64,000 nt of DNA, taken from contig OZ024743.1 of the NCBI GenBank assembly GCA_964016885.1, forward strand, positions 54,312,001 through 54,376,000. The letters are read 5' to 3'. Each line of letters starts with the position of its first letter. Positions within the stretch are counted from its first letter, which is position 1. Below are positions 55,330 through 64,000 of this stretch, one piece after another. Source of the DNA: Eledone cirrhosa (Eukaryota). The position numbers and the translations under genes were made by a program. The notes under the pieces are model-generated. The model was not told the DNA's origin. It saw only the letters and a list, made by a program, of their open reading frames with translations, and ran no database searches.

Positions 55330-55755
55330 AGAGGGTGCTGAGAACAGAGTCTTCAAACACTCCTTCCAAAGGGTCCGACTGGATCTTCAAGCGTGACCAG
55401 CCAGGCTCAAAGATGTTATCCAACCATTTTGCTACACCTGTGTCTGTATCCCTCGAATTGGATTTTACCCGTGAAACGTGTCAAGCGGTTCTTTCATGAG
55501 ACATTCTAACCAAATGCCCATAGTATCGGAGCTGTGATCTCTCAATTCGGAGAAGTAGCGACTCTACCTGGAATGTCTCGCCAAGGACCCTTCGGAACAA
55601 CCCTATTTCGGTTGTTTGTATTCACGATCATATTCTTTCGCTCATTACGAATACTGAATCAAAGATACTGAATGTTGAAACTGGCACATACTGTACTAGC
55701 TCCTGCAATTCTTGCACTTAATTCACCATCCTGCCTTCCATCAATCGTGAACTTA
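55330..55755 (-). mobile_element. Degraded RTE LINE 3' fragment with (GAA)n tail
   Basis: Reverse complement is homologous to 36330-36820. The (TTC)n array at 55236-55328 is its tail. Confidence 0.7.
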
Positions 55756-56130
55756 CCTTGTCTTTTAAAATTCCAGCTGATATATATTTCCCCGAAGAGT
55801 AAATGGAGGACGATGTCTGGTGCATTGTATCCTTTAATAAGTCACTCTAGGAGACACACTCAGCATTGTTTGAAATTTTAGATATCTAAAGGATTACATT
55901 TAGCATTCGCTTTGTTAGCTAAGTCATTCAGTTATCAGATTGCTCCGTCTGTATTTAACCATAGACTTAATTCAAACTATCTGGTCTATGGTAGGGTCAA
56001 TAACGTTATTAGAACTCCATGTAGCCCTGAAGTGATAATTCCAACAAGATCAGTTGATGAGATCTTTTTTTAATTTTTGTAGTAGGCCTTCATTATATCA
56101 GATTCCGTTGAAACATTCTAAACAAGATAG

Positions 56131-56222
<92 letters not shown>

Positions 56223-57876
56223 GCGTGTGCGTGTGCGTGTGTGTGCGTGTGCGTGCGTGTGTGCGTGCGTGTGTGTGTTTATGTGTGTGTTTGTGTGTGT
56301 GAGGAACACTGAAAACGGAAAGTAAAGATCAATTCTTAATCAGCTTATCATTTTACGACCGTCATGATATAACGATACAGTGACTAATTGATAATAGTTA
56401 TGTAACGCCTTGTTATTACTCACGATACACCAGATCCATCTTACGGTCTTCATCAGAAACAATTTTATCTCTAAATGTTGACTTTATCCGATTCATTATA
56501 TTTTCACCTACTCTGCCTATTTCTAAATTTGATGGGCAAATCAGTTTGACTGAAGGTTTAACCTCAAAATGGTTAAATGATCCTTTAAAATAGGGGGATA
56601 TCGTTTTGTTCTACTTTCAACTTTTTAAAACTAATGTGGTAATTTTTGTAAAAGCAGCGAATTGGCGGAGTCGTCAGAACGTCGGATAGAAAACTATGCT
56701 GTATTCGTTTTGGCTTTCTGCTCTCTGAGTCCAAATGTCGCTGAGGTCAACTTTGCCTTTCATTCATTCCAGGTCGATAAAAAGGCATCAATCTAGTATT
56801 GGAGCCGATTCTTCCTCTATATCTTCTTTTCATTTCCATTCTCTCACTCCCTCTATCTTTCTCTGGAAGAAATCTGCTGTATTCAGCCTTGGAGGAGGAT
56901 AGGCTTCGCTGTGTTTAGTAATGCTATAGAAACGTCATGTGTCAAATCGGCGTCCCTACGGCTCCATCAGGAGTTTCATTGTTCTTATTGGGCTCATTTA
57001 TAATCATTTTAACAAGTCGCTCCTTAAATGTACCTTGTTTGTTATTGCCCAATGGAATGAATTTTAGGGAGTTTGAATAGCTGCTTAAAGCCAAGTTCAT
57101 TTTCATCATACAGACCTTAAGTGTGCATCGGTCAATTGTATGAATGAGCTAGCTTTTTGTAGCATTAGTTGATGTACTCCGTTTTTCCCGGGATGTTTTT
57201 TAGTCGCAAATTGATGTAGAATTTCTCCATTATTTAGGTAAACCACCGTTGACAACTGGCTGGAGCATCAGTTAGGTTTTGTAGATTTTTTAATAATCTG
57301 GGCAAAATCCAGATTCAACACTCAATACGATCACGTGGTTTACATAGTGAAATGGAAATACTGTGCAAACCAAGAATTTTTTTATATATATTACATTAGT
57401 ATTGTAAATCAAGAAATATAATTTTATTCGAGTACTGAATGCAGTTTGTGCTCAGATTGTATAAAATCTCCAAGACTTAACATTTTGCTTCACACAGTTG
57501 TCGAACGTTGACGGGGGTTACACACAGAATGGACATACACATGTGAACATATACATGTACATAGAAAGAGCGAGCGAAAGGGTGAGGAGGAAGCGTGGAT
57601 AGACGTGTAATACATACGGCGAAATATACTTAACGATATGCCCCAATACATACACATATATACAAATATACACACACCCTCACACACACACTGATACATA
57701 CATTCATACACACATATATATAGAGAGATAGATATATGTATACATGTATCCACACGACAAGCGTCTATATGTAAAATAGCAAAAAAGAAAACTAGATGAT
57801 AAATAATGGTTGACAGATGTGTTTTTTTTCCGTAAAAGTAAATCAAATATGTTAAAAGCTGGTTCACATATGTATG

Positions 57877-57935
<59 letters not shown>

Positions 57936-57943
57936 ATATATGT

Positions 57944-57975
<32 letters not shown>

Positions 57976-58016
57976 GTGTATATATATATATATATATATG
58001 TATCTCTCTCTCTCCC

Positions 58017-58140
<124 letters not shown>

Positions 58141-58816
58141 AGTAAGTATGTCTTTGTTAATGCAGTTAAGATTGAGATTCTCTAGTTACAGAAGTCTTTT
58201 AATGTGTAAGAACGTCTGAAATGTGATGTATTTCCAAAACAACAGCGAGAGCATCACAATATGTGAGTTTTAAAATCTCCACAAATATAAACATTTTTCC
58301 TTGCCTCCCTCAGACACCCTTACGTCTGTCATTCTACTTGCCTTCAGAACAATGGCGAAAAAATATATCTATCTAGAAAAAACGTGCTCTGTTTATTTAA
58401 CCACCTACATATATTCATATATTTTTACTTACACACACGCACCCTCCACATACAAGCCCCCCCCCCCCTTCCATACACACACACATACACATAATGTTAC
58501 ATAATATATATAATTGTAAAGCAGGTTAAAACTTGGAAAAAAATAGTAAATGAGCTAGCTAGGGTAACGACTCATACAGTATTTATTCTATATGCTAACG
58601 CTCAGCATGAACATTTCTGTAAAATCTGAACTTTCCTAACTTTTGAAACTTTTTATATTTGTGACATTTCTTTTAAATAATTTTGTTTCTGACACGTTAA
58701 TTACATTTTGGTAGTAACGAAATTACAAAATACTAACTGATCCCCAACTACTTTCTATAAAAACTTATTAAAGATTAGTTTTAAAAAAAAAAACTACCAC
58801 CATCTTCTCCTCTCTC

Positions 58817-58858
<42 letters not shown>

Positions 58859-59170
58859 GCTCTCCCTCTCTCTCCCTCTCTCTCTCACACACTCTCTCTC
58901 TCTTTCTCAAACACACACACACACACACTCTCTCTCCTCACACACACTTTACCTTATCATTTCCAGAGTAAGCGAAGTTTTAGACGACATATATATCACC
59001 GTTCGTGTACTAGATAATACCGAATATATCACGTGTCACCAACCACGTGTCTAATTGTACACAGCTTAATCAAACCTCAAAAATATACTTCACAACCAAA
59101 TATTTCTAAAAATCCAACATACTTTTGTGACACACTTACATATTATCAGCAACACACTAAAGTCTATTTT

Positions 59171-59580
59171 ACCGGTAAGAGTGTCAGACATCATGATTTG
59201 CAGCATAGGGTTGGGGCGTTTTACAGTCTGAGTTCAAATCCCGCTGAAGTTAGCTTTGCTTTTCATCATTACGAGGTTGTTAAAATAAAGTACCAGTGAA
59301 GCACTGGGATCGATTTCATCGACTTTCCCCTCCCTAAAAATTGCTGGCCCTGTACCCTAAAGTAGAAACAATTATTATGAAGGCAGGACGGGGATTAGCA
59401 GTATCAGTAGAAGGTCGGACGCTATGCTTTGCCACATAGAGTTACGCCCCTTTATACTCTGAGTTCAAATCCCGCCGAGGTTCATTTTGCCTTTCATCTT
59501 TACAGGGTCGATAAAATAAAGTACCAGTAATGTACTGAGATAATTGCTGGCCTTGTGCTTAAAGTAGAAACAATTATTAT
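59171..59580 (+). mobile_element. Two tandem SINEs
   Basis: 59171-59378 and 59388-59580. ATTATTATGAAGGCAGG flanks the second copy on both sides (TSD). Confidence 0.85.
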
Positions 59581-60526
59581 GAAGGCAGGTAATGTTAAAA
59601 ATAACAACACATAGATTTAACACAGAAGTTTATTTATTTTCAGCACCAATTATTTAGACAATTTAAACTCTAACCCCAACCCTAATCTTAACCCGACCCA
59701 AACCCCAACTAACACTATTTATATTTACCAGGGACCAGTAAAATAAGCTTTAAAAGTATGTTTTTCTATTTTACCGGGACCGTCAAAGTAGCCTATTCGA
59801 ATCGTTTTACATTGGTAGCACACTTTCAAAGAATACATTTTTGTTGTGTGTTGCACAATTTAAAAATCTTTTAGTGACTCCAACTTAAGGCAAATAATTA
59901 AATAAATAATTATCGTATGAAGTGTCAACAGTCACTCAATTTATTGTACGCGAAGTTGTCATTCATGTGTGTCTCTATACACACACACACACACACGCAC
60001 ACACACATATATATCACCCCACCACTCTCAAGAGCGTGAACCTAATAAAACTTTATTTGTCTGCCTCTCTGCTTTGTTCCCGTCTAAATTTGCACTATAT
60101 ATATATATATGTGTGTGTGTGTGCGCGCGTGTGTGTGTGTGTGTGTGTGTGTGTGAATATATGTGTGTATGCAGTGGTGGACTGGCCAGGTTGTCAGGTT
60201 GCCCAATGGCAGTGGGCCCGAGGGGTGGGGGGCACGGTCGCATTGCATGAGCCCACAGTAGCATTTCAGGGCGCACTGTAGTATTTTAGGGTTCAATGCT
60301 TTGCTTTCAAAAAATACCTGAAATCTAAGAGAAAGAATAACATTTTAAAAACATATATAAAACAATTAAGCAAAGCATTTGGTCAACCAATTCCCCAGGT
60401 AATTACTAGAAACCAAAATATACGATAGTGCAAATAGCTGGAATCAGGGGTTATACATTCTACTAAATCTAAAGCTTAGTGTATTCATGCATGCAAACAT
60501 ATATATATATAGACACAGACACACAA

Positions 60527-60612
<86 letters not shown>

Positions 60613-60778
60613 TATTTATATACTTACATAAGAACTACTGACCAAATAATGTTTGGTATTAATGGGTTAAAGACATCTGTCAAATCAATTAGTTTTGAAG
60701 GTGGTGTGTGTATATATATATGTGTATATATATATATATAGAGAGAGAGAGAGATAGATAGATAGATAGATAGATATA

Positions 60779-61871
60779 TTTCTTTATTAGCCACAGGGGC
60801 ACAAAAGAAGGGGACAAATACAAAGGGGGAAGTTTACATACAATAAAAACGTGTAAAATGTTATCACAGATGGAATTTAAAAGTTAGTCGATTTTCCCCA
60901 ATAGAGGGAGACAGTTTATATGGGTAACACAGACCCCCGAAAAAAATGTGCAACCCTCATCTCCAGGAGTACGAAGAGCTTGTACTCCTTTCCTCTCCTC
61001 CTCCTTTTCCTCAACCTACAGGCTGATATAGAGAGAAGGCCCATTCACTCGGGCCATTCTCGCCACTTTCACCCACCTTTCATAAAACTTGCTGGGGTAC
61101 AGCACCTCTCTCTCCATCCTGATTCTTCTTCCAAAGTGGTATTTGAAAAAAAGAATCAGTTGTTGGCCGGAGAGAAAGGTGTCTGACCTCAGCCCTTTCA
61201 ACCTTGTCCACCATACAACCTCTTTCGCCATAGCTATCACACAAAGGAAAACCGCCTCTCCTTCGTTTTTGAAGGAGGGTGGCGGTTTGATCATGACAAT
61301 GGACTCGGTGGTCAACTGGATTGGTCCCACCCGCGACAATAGTCGTTCTACATAGCCCCACAGGTCAGTGACGCCCGGGCAGTGTATGAATGCGTGCGCG
61401 ACGGTTTCTTCGTCTCGCACGCACCTCGGACAGATCTTTTTTGCAGGGTCCCTGCCCGGGCGCCCATGTCTGTAGAGCTTGTCTCGAACTGGTAGAGCTC
61501 CTCGGTAGCACTGCCAGGCCAGGGACTTTTGGAAGTTGTCCATCGGTCCTGGGCGGAAGGTCCTACCGAACAGACTGGCCAGTTCATCTTCCTCCACGCC
61601 CAGAGTTTCACCGAGCGCGTCGTCGCACTTGCTGCGGACCAACCCTCTATAGAATGACGAAGTGGAGTCTCCACTGATCGCCGGGTCCGCCTGCCAGAGG
61701 GCTGTGAGCGCCTGAGCACATTCGATGTGCCAGTCGCCCATTTTCCTCGGTCTCTGCTTGACCCAGGACTGCAGCTCGGTCAGCGAGACGAGTCGTGGGA
61801 AGGCTCGCCTCACGAACGGGGCCCACACCGGTTGTCCGGTGAGGAATACGTAGAGATGCCGCAGCCTGAGC
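60779..61871 (-). mobile_element. Tx1/L1-clade LINE 3' end, 5'-truncated
   Basis: Open ORF with a zf-RVT/CCHC motif, 3' UTR with AATAAA, (GATA)n on both flanks. Confidence 0.85.
61016..61828 (-). CDS. Tx1/L1 ORF2 C-terminal fragment (zf-RVT zinc-binding domain)
   Basis: LAWQCYRGALPVRDKL...CPRC..DEETVAHAFIHC...LW...AKEVVWWTR. The frame is uninterrupted but 5'-truncated. Confidence 0.8.
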   Translation of the reverse strand: MWAPFVRRAFPRLVSLTELQSWVKQRPRKMGDWHIECAQALTALWQADPAISGDSTSSFYRGLVRSKCDDALGETLGVEEDELASLFGRTFRPGPMDNFQKSLAWQCYRGALPVRDKLYRHGRPGRDPAKKICPRCVRDEETVAHAFIHCPGVTDLWGYVERLLSRVGPIQLTTESIVMIKPPPSFKNEGEAVFLCVIAMAKEVVWWTRLKGLRSDTFLSGQQLILFFKYHFGRRIRMEREVLYPSKFYERWVKVARMARVNGPSLYISL

Positions 61872-61913
<42 letters not shown>

Positions 61914-61926
61914 CTCACACACACAA

Positions 61927-61960
<34 letters not shown>

Positions 61961-62117
61961 TGAGTGAGTGTGAAAGACCAAAGGTCATTATTGAAAGTCT
62001 CTGGATTTCGCAAAAGACATAATATTTTTTATTGGAGAAGATAAGATAAGATATTTTTCCGCAAAAATTTGATTGCACTGTTTTGTTTCCACTTCCATAT
62101 GTATTTTTTGAAAATGT

Positions 62118-62300
62118 TGGATTGGCAGTATCGGTAGAGGGTCGGACGCCATGCTTTCCAGCATAGTTACATCCCTTTACGATCTGAGTTCAAATCCCGC
62201 CGAGGTTGACTTTGCCTTTCATCCTTACGGGGTCGATAAAATAAAGTACCAGTAATGCACTGGGTATTTGCTGGCCTTGTGCCTAAAGTAGAAACAGTTA
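62118..62300 (+). mobile_element. SINE nested in DNA transposon
   Basis: Full SINE consensus interrupting a sequence that is contiguous at ~32885-32900. Confidence 0.88.
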
Positions 62301-62404
62301 TTTATTCATTATAAAAATTAAATGATAACATTCTATATTTAGGTGGGCCCCCTTCACCTGACAACCAATATTTTTAGACCTAGTCCGTCACTGTATATAT
62401 ATAT

Positions 62405-63055
62405 ATAATGCATAATGCCAATCATTGTAAGTTTGAATCTAACTGACATGGAAAAACATATATATAGGAATAAGGTAAGCCAAAATCATAGTAGGTTCAA
62501 TATCACAGGGAGAAAGAAAGAGAAAGAGAAAAAGAGAGAGAGAGAGAAACGAGGTGGAACAGAAATAAAACATGGATTGCTGGTCGAAATGTAGTGTAGA
62601 TAGATGAGAAACAAAACGAGGATTTAGTTTATGGAACACCCAAATGATTTAGAAGTCGACATTAAGTTGGAGTAATAACATTAAGAAAGACATGAACGAC
62701 ACCACATTATTTTATTTTAAAAATTTTGAAAGTAGGTTTATAAGTATGAATTTTCATAAGAATTTTCGTAGTTGTCTCTGTGGCCTAGTGGTGGGTACTA
62801 GAGACGGTGGAGATACTGGCCTTGTGTTCAATCCTGGTCAAGAGGTACATGTAATCTTTTAGTTTTCTATTTTACAACCCATAGGAAAAAAACTGAAAAG
62901 GTTTACTGGGAACCCTACTCCCGACCAAGATTGAACTTCAAACCAGGATCACAATCGTCTATGATTCCTCCAACTAGGCCACCGAAACAACTACAAAAGT
63001 ATAATGAAAATTGATAATTATAAATCTACTTTCAAAATTTCAAAATCAAAGTTAC
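62405..63055 (+). mobile_element. Second copy of internal segment with convergent tRNA-like dyad
   Basis: Colinear with 31915-32520. Confidence 0.75.
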
Positions 63056-63145
63056 GAATTTTATATACTATTAATATATCTAACTTAATTTTACTGTCTT
63101 GTGTGCTTTACTGGTTTTCTTTTACTTTTTCACATACATAAACAC

Positions 63146-63478
63146 AGTGGCGGACTGGGTCTAAAAATATTGGTTGCCAGGAGATGAAGTGGGTCCACCT
63201 ACATATAGAATGCTATCATTTAATTTTTATAATGAATAAATAACATCTTCGAAAAATACATGGAAGTGGAAACAAAACAGTGCAATCAAATTTTTGCGGA
63301 AAAATATCTTACCTTCTCCAATAAAAATTATTATGTATTTTGCGAAATCCAGAGTCTTTCAATAATGACCAGAAGTCGACCCTAAATATTACTAATAGCT
63401 CTAGGATAGCCATGAACGACACCACATCTTTTAAACTTTGATTTTGCAATTTTCATTATACTTTTGTAGCTGTTCGGT
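63146..63478 (-). mobile_element. Inverted right end of the same DNA transposon family
   Basis: Begins CAGTGGCGGACTGG. It is the reverse complement of 61980-62393 (without the SINE) and of 32460-32600. Confidence 0.75.
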
Positions 63479-63625
63479 TTGTAAAATTCGTAACGTTTCG
63501 GTGGTTCATGCGCAAGAAGGTAGAATGAAAAATAAAAGACGAAATAGAATGAGAGTGGAGAGTGAGAAGAAGAAATGGAAAATATATTTTTATAAAGAAG
63601 CACATGTGTGTTCTGTTCGCCAGTT

Positions 63626-63669
<44 letters not shown>

Positions 63670-63713
63670 TAAGTATATATATGAAAATATATGAGTGTAT
63701 ATATATATACGCA

Positions 63714-63760
<47 letters not shown>

Positions 63761-64000
63761 ATATGTATATATATATATACAACATATATATATATGGAGG
63801 GGGTATCTCTTTTTCTCTCTCTCTCTATCTCTCTCTCTCCCTCTCTCTTTCTCCCTCTCTTTCTATATATATATATGGAGAGATACCTGCAGAAATAAGA
63901 ACACGACGCTATTATATGCAAGTCGAGAGGTTTTAGGTTGAACTCCCACAAGAATCCAGGGCTACTTGGATACATTTTGGCGTCAGTGTCGGTGCATTAA

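Larger units (their letters stand above)
60172..62393 (+). mobile_element. Non-autonomous DNA transposon (CAGTGG.GGACT TIRs) with nested Tx1 LINE and SINE
   Basis: Left TIR CAGTGGTGGACTGG and right TIR CTAGTCCGTCACTG. Internal segments match 32575-33068 and, inverted, 63146-63370. Confidence 0.6.

Noticed and set aside
59668-59713. Degenerate CCCTAA telomere-like repeats
   Set aside because: Short and irregular; not a telomeric array.

Overview
Eukaryotic, AT-rich, non-genic (intergenic or intronic) animal DNA. It is most likely from an octopus or other coleoid cephalopod, inferred from the extreme (TA)n/(CA)n/(TATG)n microsatellite load and a ~190-bp tRNA-derived SINE present in about 20 copies. 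No host protein-coding exon can be supported, and almost all ORFs in the track are microsatellite read-throughs. Real coding remnants are all transposon-derived: a near-complete but disrupted Penelope-like element (PLE; RT plus C-terminal GIY-YIG, 3.3-6.2 kb, minus), three more PLE fragments, RTE and CR1 fragments, and a Tx1/L1 3' end embedded in a (GATA)n tract. Several hAT/Tc1-type MITEs are also present. The most striking unannotated signals are: (i) about nine type I hammerhead ribozyme motifs, three of them in copies of one ~250-400-bp non-coding repeat; (ii) a (TA)n-embedded ~190-bp repeat ending in a cruciform whose two arms co-vary between copies and carry the 3' half of a hammerhead; (iii) several long foldback hairpins, up to 254 bp; and (iv) a DNA-transposon-like family carrying two convergent tRNA-like Pol III units. 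All calls are from reading the sequence by eye, and coordinates of degraded repeats are approximate.
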